From IMG/VR virus record IMGVR_UViG_3300028666_000022, positions 186,001 to 250,000 of that record: 64,000 nucleotides of DNA; one strand, 5' to 3'. The notes beneath the pieces are model-generated. The model was not told the origin of the DNA. It worked only from the letters and a program-made list of their open reading frames with translations, and did not search any database. A program made the position numbers and the translations under genes. Shown one piece after another: positions 9,880 to 19,273 of the stretch. How positions within the stretch are numbered: the stretch's first letter is position 1; each line of letters starts with the position of its first letter.

Positions 9880-11496
9880 TTATTTTGTTTTAGGGAAAAA
9901 ATCATCTAACCAGCCATTTTTAGATGCAAAATCATAGAAACTTCTTTTTTTTGCTGCATAGTCTTTTCTACATGAATATTCTGTAGCATGATTTTTACAA
10001 ATAACATAATTATATTCAATTTTAGGTTTTTTTGGTAAAAATTCATCCAACCAATTAAATTTTACACAAACACGATATAATGTTTGGTTTTCTTTAGATA
10101 AAATACATCTATTCGAATATTTCAATGTTTCTTTTCTAGCATTTTCTTTATTTAAATAAAATTCTCTTGTTGTTAAATCTCTTTTTTTAATGGGGAATAA
10201 TTCATCTAATAAATTAAATTTAGTACAAAGACGATAAAGAGTATGATTCTTACTATAAAGCTCACTTCTGTTTTTAAATCCAACAACCTTATTTCTACAA
10301 TAAATTTCATCTTTATTTAATATTGGAAAAAATTCATTCAACCAATTATTTTCTAAGCAAATTCTATAGATTTTGGGGTTAGATTTATATAATTGTGTTC
10401 TATTTTCAAACTTTATTACTATATTTTTTATTTCTTCTTTATTTATTTTATTTTCAATTATTGGGAAAAATTCATCTAGCCATTTAGATTTTAAAGATTT
10501 AGAATATGCTGTTCCTTCATAATCGAAAAATGCTCTTTTATTAGTAAATTTAGATGCGACTAATTTACAACGAGATTTGGTCCAATAATTTTTTCCTTTA
10601 GATTTTTTTGTGTTCATATTAACACATACTTCATCTAAAATCCCCATTTGTTGAGCTGTTGAATAAGCACTACTGTTTTTAGCAAAAGCTGTACGTGTTT
10701 CAAATTTTTTTGCTTCTTCGAAAATTAGTTCTTTAGTCCACTTTCTTTGATTTCCACCTAAACTACCAGTTTTTGCTTTATTAATTTTTATTAATCCTTG
10801 TTTTTCTTTTTCTTCGAGAACAACACCTTCCATTTCAGATGCTAAATGAGCATTAATTATTCCAGAAATTTCTATTACTGGTTTAACACTATTTTTAATA
10901 ATATTATTTTTTTTTATAAATTCGAAAATACTACCTTCTCTCATATGATCACCATGTCTTCTTTTTATATTATTAGTTACACCAACATAAACATATTTAT
11001 CAAAAAATGTATATGAATATATCATTCTTTCTGTTTCTAAAACAACCGATTTTTTATTCATATGATCACATATTTCATTTAAAAAACCAGATTCTTTAGA
11101 AAAATTATAAATTTCTCGATTATTTTTATGAAATTCAGATTTAGTTTTCCATTTTTTAGAAAATTCTAAACATTCTAATTTAGACCATTTATCTAATTTA
11201 ATACATTCGTAAATTTCAGTAAGCCATCCATTTTGTCTAGCTACTGCACAAAGTGATAATTCTGAATGAGCCAACTCAAGTATTGAAGAATAAGTTCTAG
11301 CTATCTCCAAACATTTTGTTTTATTCCAAAATCCATTTGGTTTATGTTTTCTATTTAAATTTTTTAAAAGTTCTTTATTCCACCCTTTTCTATAAATTAA
11401 ATTATAAATGATTTTATTTTCCCTTTTTAAATCAATTAAATTCTCATAATTTTCAATTATTTTAATACAATCTTCTTTAGTATATAAACTTTTCAT
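9880..11496 (-). CDS. GIY-YIG endonuclease flanked by nine ~40-45 aa helical repeats
   Basis: IYSYTFFDKYVYVGVTNNIKRRHGDH...E...N catalytic core; repeats of the form W-T-K-x-x-C...Y...W-L-D-E-F-F-P. ATG at 11496 preferred over TTG at 11508. Confidence 0.75.
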   Translation of the reverse strand: MKSLYTKEDCIKIIENYENLIDLKRENKIIYNLIYRKGWNKELLKNLNRKHKPNGFWNKTKCLEIARTYSSILELAHSELSLCAVARQNGWLTEIYECIKLDKWSKLECLEFSKKWKTKSEFHKNNREIYNFSKESGFLNEICDHMNKKSVVLETERMIYSYTFFDKYVYVGVTNNIKRRHGDHMREGSIFEFIKKNNIIKNSVKPVIEISGIINAHLASEMEGVVLEEKEKQGLIKINKAKTGSLGGNQRKWTKELIFEEAKKFETRTAFAKNSSAYSTAQQMGILDEVCVNMNTKKSKGKNYWTKSRCKLVASKFTNKRAFFDYEGTAYSKSLKSKWLDEFFPIIENKINKEEIKNIVIKFENRTQLYKSNPKIYRICLENNWLNEFFPILNKDEIYCRNKVVGFKNRSELYSKNHTLYRLCTKFNLLDELFPIKKRDLTTREFYLNKENARKETLKYSNRCILSKENQTLYRVCVKFNWLDEFLPKKPKIEYNYVICKNHATEYSCRKDYAAKKRSFYDFASKNGWLDDFFPKTK

Positions 11497-11510
11497 TTTA
11501 AAATACAATT

Positions 11511-11541
11511 AAAAAGTGAATGGCATTTTACTACCATTCAC
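11511..11541 (-). terminator. Intrinsic terminator after recA-like gene
   Basis: GTGAATGG...CCATTCAC stem followed by a T-run on the minus strand. Confidence 0.65.
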
Positions 11542-11553
11542 ATATAAATTTAT

Positions 11554-12669
11554 TTATTCACCTTTTTTTTCTAAAAAATTACTAACATAAGATGAATCAT
11601 CATTATTAGTAATTTCAGTAATTTTCGTTTCAATATCTTCAGCATTTATATCATCACCAAAAAGATTTCTAAAATAAAGTATATTTTTCTTCTTATATAA
11701 ATCAATTTCATCAGGAAATACAAAACCATGTGGTGTTGATATTATAGTACCTTCCATTGATATACCCCCTAGTGGACCATCAACATGATTTTTCGCGATA
11801 TTAACCTTTGCCTCTATACCATAAGACACATCACGTTTTTTGGAAGTAGCTGTAACTCTTTTAGTTCCATGTGTAATTATGCCGCCAAAGTTATAAATTA
11901 ATCTTGAACCGAAGAAAAACGTCTCGCCCCCTTTGTGCTTAACTACTTTATTCATAGAGTCGTACCAGATCTTTTGAACACACACGATAGTGTTAGTATA
12001 TTGTTTATTTATTTTTCTACTATTTGGAATCGTATTATTAAGTAATGACATAAATGATTTTTCATATGCTCCAGAATTCCACATATTATTATCACTCTCA
12101 CTCTTTTCTAAAGCATTTATTGTTTTAATACAATTTAACGTACCAATTGAATCAATTCCAAAAAATAATTCATAAGGTAAATTACCTGCATTTTGTTCAT
12201 CTAAAAAGAAGTAAATACATTTAGCAAGATCTTCAATAGAAGCTTCATTTCTATCTTTATCTTGTTTTTTACCGAAATTTTCAAGTAAATATTCATTATC
12301 AATTAAAATATAATCACCTTTCCAATCGAAACCCATTAATTCTAATCTATCAACACCTAAATTATTTTCAGTATCGATAATAATTGGTAACAACCCCATT
12401 TTCTGCGCGTTAACTAAGCCACGACAAACAGCGGTCGATTTTCCGGTATTGGAGTACCCACGACACAAATTAACAAATCCCTTAGCAAAGCCGGGCAGTC
12501 CAGTTGATTTTTCAAGTGCATCATCGCATTTAATCCATTGTAATGGTTTATCTGGTATATCTTCAGCACCAACCTTTTTCTTAAAATCATTTAAAGAAAA
12601 TTCCTTTTTTGCAGTAGGTTTTCTAACTGGATTATTAACAGGAACTTCAATATTTTCTTTTTTAGCCAT
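11554..12669 (-). CDS. RecA/UvsX-like recombinase
   Basis: Walker A RGYSNTGKST, IIIDTE, FGIDSIG, KGG...F, KNHV. Confidence 0.85.
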   Translation of the reverse strand: MAKKENIEVPVNNPVRKPTAKKEFSLNDFKKKVGAEDIPDKPLQWIKCDDALEKSTGLPGFAKGFVNLCRGYSNTGKSTAVCRGLVNAQKMGLLPIIIDTENNLGVDRLELMGFDWKGDYILIDNEYLLENFGKKQDKDRNEASIEDLAKCIYFFLDEQNAGNLPYELFFGIDSIGTLNCIKTINALEKSESDNNMWNSGAYEKSFMSLLNNTIPNSRKINKQYTNTIVCVQKIWYDSMNKVVKHKGGETFFFGSRLIYNFGGIITHGTKRVTATSKKRDVSYGIEAKVNIAKNHVDGPLGGISMEGTIISTPHGFVFPDEIDLYKKKNILYFRNLFGDDINAEDIETKITEITNNDDSSYVSNFLEKKGE

Positions 12670-12733
12670 AAAATTTAATTTAAAATATTACAATTATTTA
12701 CTGTGAAATATATTATTCACATATTTAAAAAAT

Positions 12734-12766
12734 AAAAAGATAGGGACACTAAGTTCCCCATCCTTT
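12734..12766 (-). terminator. Intrinsic terminator after SSB gene
   Basis: Minus-strand AAGGAUGGGGA...UCCCUAUCUUUUU stem with G-U pairs and U tail. Confidence 0.6.
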
Positions 12767-12778
12767 AAGAGTATGAAA

Positions 12779-14005
12779 TTAAAAGGGTAAATCTTCGTAG
12801 TCGTTATCACTAGAGCCACTAGTTTCATCAATTTCTAGTGATTCATCAGCAACTTTACTTTTAGCAGTAATATCGACAGCATCTTCACTATAAGTACCAA
12901 CTTTACTAGGAGTAACATTAGTAATGTTTACACGTGCATCATTTTCGTCTAAATCAGAAGCTTGTTGAAAATCATCTTCTTCATCAGCATCAAGATTTCT
13001 TTGACGAGTATTAGCTTTTTCTTCCAAGTCAGGACGGCCCGGAAAAACCCAATGTTTATTTTTTTGATCAGTATCTTCCCAATAAGGAGAAGTACCATTA
13101 ACGATCATTTCAAGGAATTCTAAAGCAGTTGTATTAGGAGCAACTTTAGGTTTAAAAACATCTCTCCAAGTAATATCATCTTCAAGCCATTGTCTTGCAA
13201 CAATAGAATCATTATGAAGAGGTGATTTACCACGTGCAGTAATAGCTGAAATAGACTTATATGTCTTACCCTTTTCTTTACTAAAAGTAGCTACAGTATC
13301 AGCCATAGTAATATAAAGATCAGTACCATTATTAACATCAGCAAAACTAACACCGTTAATGTCAATATAATCTTCAAGAACTGGATATAACTTATCTATC
13401 GTACCCTGATTTTTGAAACTATGTTTAAATCTCCAAAATTTAACACCGTTATTTTCTCTCGATCTATCTATACCCCTTACGATATAAAATCGTTTTGCTT
13501 CCCAATTATTTGCTTCAAAGAATATAGCTTTATTTTTTTCAAAAACTACTTTCTGAGCGTCAGTTAAAATTTCTTTTTTAATGAACTTAATTGATTGATC
13601 TTGTTTAGCAAGAAGTTTCTTAGCTCTTTCACAAAGAGGACATGGAGCAGAAACTAAAATAGGATTTCCATTACCGTCTAACATCACATTACCATCCTTA
13701 TCATATTTTTTTACTTTAGGATCATTGTGAGCTGGACAATAAACAACTGTGTTAAGTTTTTTAAAACCACCTGCAGCGTTAGTTGGAACAACGTGAAAGA
13801 ATGCTTCTGTGTAAAAATTTTTAGATTTGTAAGGTAAGATTCTAAAGATTTCTTTAGTGTTTCGAGGAACAAAATACTTTGCCAGTATTTCTTCTTTTGT
13901 TTTTTTCTTATCTTTCACTTGATTTTTTTGGTAGTCAGAAAAAGATTTTCTGAATTCAGACAAATCACCACCTTGTGGGTTTGTTGTTGCATTTTGATTT
14001 TCCAT
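12779..14005 (-). CDS. Single-stranded DNA-binding protein (T4 gp32-like)
   Basis: FRILP, Zn-ligand-like H...YCP...PCPLC, GVKFWRF, acidic tail DYEDLPF; adjacent to recombinase. Start revised to ATG 14005 (MENQ). Confidence 0.8.
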   Translation of the reverse strand: MENQNATTNPQGGDLSEFRKSFSDYQKNQVKDKKKTKEEILAKYFVPRNTKEIFRILPYKSKNFYTEAFFHVVPTNAAGGFKKLNTVVYCPAHNDPKVKKYDKDGNVMLDGNGNPILVSAPCPLCERAKKLLAKQDQSIKFIKKEILTDAQKVVFEKNKAIFFEANNWEAKRFYIVRGIDRSRENNGVKFWRFKHSFKNQGTIDKLYPVLEDYIDINGVSFADVNNGTDLYITMADTVATFSKEKGKTYKSISAITARGKSPLHNDSIVARQWLEDDITWRDVFKPKVAPNTTALEFLEMIVNGTSPYWEDTDQKNKHWVFPGRPDLEEKANTRQRNLDADEEDDFQQASDLDENDARVNITNVTPSKVGTYSEDAVDITAKSKVADESLEIDETSGSSDNDYEDLPF

Positions 14006-14058
14006 TTTTTGATAATTACAAATAAAATTATTTTTTTCAATTATAAAAATTGACAATA

Positions 14059-14087
14059 CAAATATATTTCTAAGTTTTTATAAATAC
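14059..14087 (-). promoter_or_regulatory. Tandem promoter candidates upstream of SSB: TATATTTG (14059-14066) and GTATTTATA (14079-14087)
   Basis: Both motifs lie in the intergenic region on the coding strand. Confidence 0.45.
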
Positions 14088-14132
14088 TAGAGTTTTAAAA
14101 AATAAATTAAAAATATTTTTAAAACCTTATTC

Positions 14133-15566
14133 TTACATTATCCCATTTGAAGCAATTGTAAATAATAAACTTTGTTTATTTTCATAATAATTTCCATTTT
14201 TCATTCTAATTTGAAGATAATAATCTTGAGGTATTAACCACGAGGTGTCTAAATTGAATTCAAAACCAGTACTAGTTCTATTTACAGCAGTAAATGGTAT
14301 AACATCGATTTCGTATTTACTTCCAACTGTAATATAAACACGATATTCAATTTCTAAAGGTAAAAAATTATTTTGATTTGGGTATAATTCTTTAAGACTT
14401 AATCTAATTTTTTTAATAACACCAGCGATTATTTTTTCGTTTTCATTAATTCCCCAAAAATTAAAATAATAATTAGCAAAATTGATTTGATTTGAGAGGT
14501 TGAAATTATAATATCTATTTGGAGAAATTAAATAGAATTCATTTTCATGTACAACTTGTTTATTGTTAACTGTTATTGTCCATAAATCTCTAAATAAAAC
14601 TGCATCTGGATATGTTTGTGAATCAATATTTAGGGTAATTTTATATATACCTTTAGATACGTGAGTAACATTATTACCACTTACTGAAGTAACGATATTA
14701 TCTTCATGATCATAAATGTCTACTTTATTAACAATAATGTCTTGTGAAGAATTACCTATATTAGAATATAAATATAGATCATTATCTTTATCTAAAAAGA
14801 AATAATTTCTATCATCGGTAATTGTATCATCAATTATTGTTTCAATATATGGTTCATAGAAGGTATTTGTATGTTTTGCATGAAAAGCAACGGCATTAAT
14901 AAATTCAGTTTGTAAATCCTCGATATCGTCAGGAAATTTAATTCCAATTCCAAATGTATCACCATTATATATTGTTGTTCCAGTATAACCAGTTCCTAAT
15001 AATCTTTGATTTAAATAATCAGTAATATCTAATTCAATATTTTCATTACCCATATTAAATTCTTGACTTCCAATAATATTTGTTATTCCAGAAATATATG
15101 ATCCTCCTGCAACAGTCCAATCGGTACCTGCTTTTCTTTTTTCCCAATTAGCAATTTGTTCAGGAGTTAATACTGGAACTGTGTCTACATATATTGTTTG
15201 ATTATTAGAATAAGAAAAATCATAACCAGCACCCTCATCCCAATCTTCATTTATATTAAAAAAATCTAAACTAAATGCAGAAGCTCTTTCAATATTTAAA
15301 CTATATGATCTTTTACCAATGTATTGTGAAGCATTGGCAATAGTATTCGTCATGTGAAGCACATGTTTAGTTATTCTATTAGGATTAATCAAACCCGAAG
15401 ATATTTTAGTTTGAAGAGGTTCTAAATCAATATCAAAAATAAATCTACTAACTTGCTTATTAACAGATCCATAAAAAATTTCGTGGACTGGATTTAAGGA
15501 ATTATTCGTTAAATTACTACTAATTAAAGTATCATTCTTTTTTAAATATGAATGGAAAATACTCAT
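14133..15566 (-). CDS. Probable virion structural protein
   Basis: 477 aa, SRFIFDIDL, EDWDEGAGYD, DITDYLN, HTNTFYEPYIE segments with an Ig-like C-terminus; preceded by GTATTTATA. Confidence 0.55.
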   Translation of the reverse strand: MSIFHSYLKKNDTLISSNLTNNSLNPVHEIFYGSVNKQVSRFIFDIDLEPLQTKISSGLINPNRITKHVLHMTNTIANASQYIGKRSYSLNIERASAFSLDFFNINEDWDEGAGYDFSYSNNQTIYVDTVPVLTPEQIANWEKRKAGTDWTVAGGSYISGITNIIGSQEFNMGNENIELDITDYLNQRLLGTGYTGTTIYNGDTFGIGIKFPDDIEDLQTEFINAVAFHAKHTNTFYEPYIETIIDDTITDDRNYFFLDKDNDLYLYSNIGNSSQDIIVNKVDIYDHEDNIVTSVSGNNVTHVSKGIYKITLNIDSQTYPDAVLFRDLWTITVNNKQVVHENEFYLISPNRYYNFNLSNQINFANYYFNFWGINENEKIIAGVIKKIRLSLKELYPNQNNFLPLEIEYRVYITVGSKYEIDVIPFTAVNRTSTGFEFNLDTSWLIPQDYYLQIRMKNGNYYENKQSLLFTIASNGIM

Positions 15567-15577
15567 AACATTTTTTA

Positions 15578-15586
15578 TATAAATAC
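15578..15586 (-). promoter_or_regulatory. Candidate late promoter GTATTTATA
   Basis: 11 nt upstream of ATG 15566 on the coding strand. Confidence 0.55.
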
Positions 15587-15590
15587 TAAC

Positions 15591-15618
15591 AAAAAAGAGT
15601 ATAATTAAATACTCTTTT
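15591..15618. terminator. Intrinsic terminator hairpin
   Basis: AAAAGAGTAT-aattaa-ATACTCTTTT perfect inverted repeat. Confidence 0.65.
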
Positions 15619-15644
15619 AATATGATTTATTAATTGTTTTTATC

Positions 15645-17615
15645 TTATTTTACACCCCTAAATTTCTTCCAAAGATTAAATAATTCTTCCCTTTGATTAT
15701 CATCTAAATTATCAAAACCAGCTTTTCTATATTCCAAATATTTTTGTTGATCTTGAGGTAATGTTGAAGTACTAGAATCTTCTTGAATTTCATCATTTTC
15801 TACTTCATCACCAACATTTTTTGGTTCAAAACCTAATAACATATCTGTCATTTGTTTATCTTTATCGTCATCAAAACCCATTTTACTAAAATCTGGTTCA
15901 ATTGCAGGTATTGGATCTTCATTTCTATCTAATTCTCCCGGCATACCTTCTTGATTTTCTTCAGCATCCATAGCTGCATTATATTGTGCTGAATCATTAG
16001 GACTATCCTTAACTGTGTAATACTTTTTATTGGTCGAAAGATGATCGATCACAATTTCAATAGCAAACATAGGATCATTAGTATGTTCCATTTCTACCTT
16101 TAATCCCATTAATATTTGTTCAGGATCAAATTCTAATGTTGAATTATTTTCACCATCACCACCGGGAATTAATTCACCAACTTCTTCTTTTTCTTTAGCT
16201 AATTGTTGTACTTTATCTACATCTGATTCTTCTGAATCATTATTAATTTCTACTCCCGTAGGTATTTCATCATTTTCAATTTCATCTTCTTCACCTAATT
16301 TAACCTTCTTTGTTTTATTTTTCTTTTTTTCACTAGGATAATTTTTCTCAGGACTAAATTCTTTTCCAATTGTATCTGGATAATCCCCTTCATTCATTCC
16401 TGTAGATATTTTTTCTTTATAATATTTTTCACCAGAAGGATCGTTATCTTGTTTTTCAAAAATATCATATTTTTCGCCTTTAATCATGTAACTACCTTGA
16501 TAAATTCCTTTACCTTCATAAAATTGACCAACTTTATATGTTAATGATTTGTTTTGTTTTTTTGAATTATTAATATTATTTGTTTTTTCTTTTTTTAATC
16601 TTTCAACTTCATTTTGAATTGAATCAATTGTTGTTTCTTCACCTCTATTTCTTAAATTAGAAATTGCTTGACGTATAATTGCTTGCTTATCTGGTGAAAT
16701 ATCGGGAATTTGTTTATTATTTGTTCTAGGTTTAGTTCTTGTTGGGTATTGGTCGGTTTCGATTTCATTAACGTTTTGATTTTCTAATTTATTTATTTCA
16801 GCTTGAATTTCATGAACATTAGGATGATATTGTGGTCTACCCATCTTTACTATTATATTATCAATTGCTTTTAAAATTAAAGCTTTCTTTTCTGGAGATA
16901 AACTTTCTAATGGAGATTTCGTACTTAAAATGCCTTTAGGTTTTGCTGGATATTCATTTCTAATATCACTTAATTCTTCTGCAATATATTTTTCTAATTC
17001 TGGAGATTTAGTTCTTAATTCAGGATTAACTGGTTTTTCATCTGCATATCCTTTTCCTGTTTGCATTCTATCTGAACCACCACCATAAGGATAACTATCT
17101 TTTTTCATTGCATCGATCATTTGTATTGCTTCAGCTAATTCATCTGATTGTAGTTCTGGACTTTTAACATCAACAAATTTACTTACAACATCATATAATT
17201 CATTACTATTTTGAGAATTAAAATTTGTTAAATCATTTTCATTCAATTCAAAAGTTTGTGTTCCATCACCATTTTTAAATGAAAACTTTTTTAATTCAAC
17301 TGTTTTAATATTATAAGTTCCATCTTGATCAGCTTCATCATAATTTACTTTAAAAATAAATTGATAATTATTTTTATTATCGTCCACGCCATTTATTTGA
17401 ACAATGCTTTCATCATCAGTCATTTGTATAGTGGTATTATTACTTCCACCACCTTGTATAGATAGTTCACCATTTTTTAATGCTTGAAATCCAGTAGTTA
17501 ATATACCATTAACGTCAATACCAGTATTAATATCTTCATTAATTTTTACTTTATTAACTTTTTCTATCATTTCAAAAAGTCTATCTTTACTACCTCTGGT
17601 TTTATAAATTTTCAT
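15645..17615 (-). CDS. Acidic multi-module protein with DUF5661-like domain, probable head-internal protein
   Basis: FDPEQILMGLKVEMEHTNDP...EIVIDHL...YY (DUF5661-like), internal helical duplication, several I/L/V-x-E sites. Confidence 0.55.
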   Translation of the reverse strand: MKIYKTRGSKDRLFEMIEKVNKVKINEDINTGIDVNGILTTGFQALKNGELSIQGGGSNNTTIQMTDDESIVQINGVDDNKNNYQFIFKVNYDEADQDGTYNIKTVELKKFSFKNGDGTQTFELNENDLTNFNSQNSNELYDVVSKFVDVKSPELQSDELAEAIQMIDAMKKDSYPYGGGSDRMQTGKGYADEKPVNPELRTKSPELEKYIAEELSDIRNEYPAKPKGILSTKSPLESLSPEKKALILKAIDNIIVKMGRPQYHPNVHEIQAEINKLENQNVNEIETDQYPTRTKPRTNNKQIPDISPDKQAIIRQAISNLRNRGEETTIDSIQNEVERLKKEKTNNINNSKKQNKSLTYKVGQFYEGKGIYQGSYMIKGEKYDIFEKQDNDPSGEKYYKEKISTGMNEGDYPDTIGKEFSPEKNYPSEKKKNKTKKVKLGEEDEIENDEIPTGVEINNDSEESDVDKVQQLAKEKEEVGELIPGGDGENNSTLEFDPEQILMGLKVEMEHTNDPMFAIEIVIDHLSTNKKYYTVKDSPNDSAQYNAAMDAEENQEGMPGELDRNEDPIPAIEPDFSKMGFDDDKDKQMTDMLLGFEPKNVGDEVENDEIQEDSSTSTLPQDQQKYLEYRKAGFDNLDDNQREELFNLWKKFRGVK

Positions 17616-17657
17616 GTTCTAAAAATATAATCTAATTTATTGTTATTTTTTCTTATT

Positions 17658-18143
17658 TTATTCGAATATTTCTGGATATTTTTTCCCAAACTCTCTCATT
17701 ATTAAACCAGCTTTTGAATTTGCTTCGTTTTCAAATTCACTACCATCTTCACCCGAATCTGATTTTAATTTACCTTCTTTATATTGTTTAGTGTGTACTA
17801 ATTCATGTCCTAATGTTCTTAATACATCAGCTAAATTTCTATTAATTGCCACTACTCTTATTTCATTTGCTTCTGGTGTATTTTTACCAAAAGATTTCAT
17901 TTCTTGAGCTTCCTTATTATCATAAGATATTATGATTCTTGGATTATCATCACCTAATTCAAGTTTTTCTTTAACAAAATCAATAAAAATATTAATTATT
18001 TTATTCTTTTCATTAATAGGAAGTACTTCTTCGTTTAATTTCTTTACTGGTTTTTCTTCTTTTTTTTCAATAGGTAGTTTATTAACTTTTTTCATCATAT
18101 CAAAAAGTCTTTCCTTGCTACCTTTTTGGCTAAAAATTCTCAT
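17658..18143 (-). CDS. HExxH zinc-metalloprotease-like small protein, probable head-associated
   Basis: LRTLGHELVH...EFENEAN motif; N-terminus paralogous to 15645..17615. Confidence 0.6.
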   Translation of the reverse strand: MRIFSQKGSKERLFDMMKKVNKLPIEKKEEKPVKKLNEEVLPINEKNKIINIFIDFVKEKLELGDDNPRIIISYDNKEAQEMKSFGKNTPEANEIRVVAINRNLADVLRTLGHELVHTKQYKEGKLKSDSGEDGSEFENEANSKAGLIMREFGKKYPEIFE

Positions 18144-18171
18144 TAAAACATGTGAATTAAAATAAATTTAT

Positions 18172-18301
18172 AAAACATTCAATAATTATTTTTATCAGGA
18201 ATCTCGCTTCCGCTTCGAACACCATTAAAGAAATACTTAGTGTTCACCCTTGAGTCACTGTTCTTCCAGCTAAATAATCTACTCTTTGTATTGAATGTTT
18301 T
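18172..18301 (-). ncRNA. Candidate structured non-coding RNA (~130 nt rod-like fold)
   Basis: 13-bp terminal inverted repeat AAAACATTCAATA/TATTGAATGTTTT, apical GAACAC/GTGTTC stem, GC content visibly above background, no ORF. Strand assumed from flanking genes. Confidence 0.5.
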
Positions 18302-18317
18302 TATTTTCAAATATTTT

Positions 18318-19070
18318 TTAATCGTATTGACTAAAACTATTCTGTATATCTATTTTAGATGACTTCGGTAAATCATCAAAATCTGCAATATATGTACCAT
18401 CTGGTAATTCTCTTATACCTTTTTCTTTACCATTTCTTTCATTAAATGAATTGCCTTGCCAAAAATCATTTAAATTAAAATAATAAGGATATGATACATT
18501 CGTTTTATTCATTAATTTTTCACTATTTGTAGGTTCTCTAACCTCTTGAACATCTGCATTCAATGCTTCTAATTTAGAATTTAAACCCTGAACAGTAGTA
18601 TTTAAACCTTCTAATTGATCATTAATGCTTTGCATTGCTGCAATATTATGTTTAATTATATCATTCTGAATATCATCAACTTTTTGAACTGGTTGAATAG
18701 ATGCGTTAATATCTGCTCCCATTGGATTTACTGGGGCAGTAGTTGTAGGTGGAGCAATACCTGCAGTACTATCAATAGGTGGTTGTGTTGCTTCTCTATC
18801 AATTGGCTGATCATTTGATGGTGCAGGAGGTTCACTTCCTTCTGGTTTAGGTGCATCTTCTTGATCACCAGCTTCATTTGTAAAAGAAGGACTTGCTGGA
18901 ACAGGTAATCCATCACTAGTATTATATAATTCAACAGGAAGATTATCAAATTCTTCGTTATTATCTACCAGTGGACGATATTTAGGAGATTCATTGATCT
19001 TATAATCATAACGATATTTAATCTTCCTAAGTTGTTCCTCAAAAAGTTTATCTTTTTTTATATCTTTCAT
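18318..19070 (-). CDS. Hypothetical protein with Pro-rich linker and coiled coil, probable head-associated
   Basis: KINE and FTNE sites, acidic/Pro-rich middle, coiled coil, SYPYYFNLNDFW. Confidence 0.55.
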   Translation of the reverse strand: MKDIKKDKLFEEQLRKIKYRYDYKINESPKYRPLVDNNEEFDNLPVELYNTSDGLPVPASPSFTNEAGDQEDAPKPEGSEPPAPSNDQPIDREATQPPIDSTAGIAPPTTTAPVNPMGADINASIQPVQKVDDIQNDIIKHNIAAMQSINDQLEGLNTTVQGLNSKLEALNADVQEVREPTNSEKLMNKTNVSYPYYFNLNDFWQGNSFNERNGKEKGIRELPDGTYIADFDDLPKSSKIDIQNSFSQYD

Positions 19071-19082
19071 ACACTAAAAATA

Positions 19083-19235
19083 TTAACCTCTAAGCAATAA
19101 ACGACCATCTTCGGTAATAAATTGTTTTTCTAATCTTTCAACTTTAAGATTTAATTTTTTTGTTTTAACACTTTCTTCCTCACTTTGAGGAACATCATTA
19201 AAATTATCGAGTGTTTTTTCGATGTTTTTATCCAT
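19083..19235 (-). CDS. Small hypothetical protein (50 aa)
   Basis: Hand translation MDKNIEKTLDNFNDVPQSEEESVKTKKLNLKVERLEKQFITEDGRLLLRG; GTATTTATA directly upstream. Confidence 0.6.
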   Translation of the reverse strand: MDKNIEKTLDNFNDVPQSEEESVKTKKLNLKVERLEKQFITEDGRLLLRG

Positions 19236-19254
19236 GATAATTTATATTATTTTA

Positions 19255-19263
19255 TATAAATAC
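19255..19263 (-). promoter_or_regulatory. Candidate late promoter GTATTTATA
   Basis: 19 nt upstream of ATG 19235. Confidence 0.55.
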
Positions 19264-19273
19264 TATGTAATTA

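Noticed and set aside
9880-11508. Group I intron carrying the GIY-YIG gene
   Set aside because: The flanking recA-like and exonuclease genes both look complete and are different genes, and there is no non-coding room for intron core elements. The same applies to the nucleases at 56476 and 62706.
18172-18301. tRNA or hammerhead ribozyme
   Set aside because: It contains GTTCGAA but no cloverleaf or CCA end, and no CUGAnGA/GAAA hammerhead core; kept only as an unassigned structured RNA candidate.
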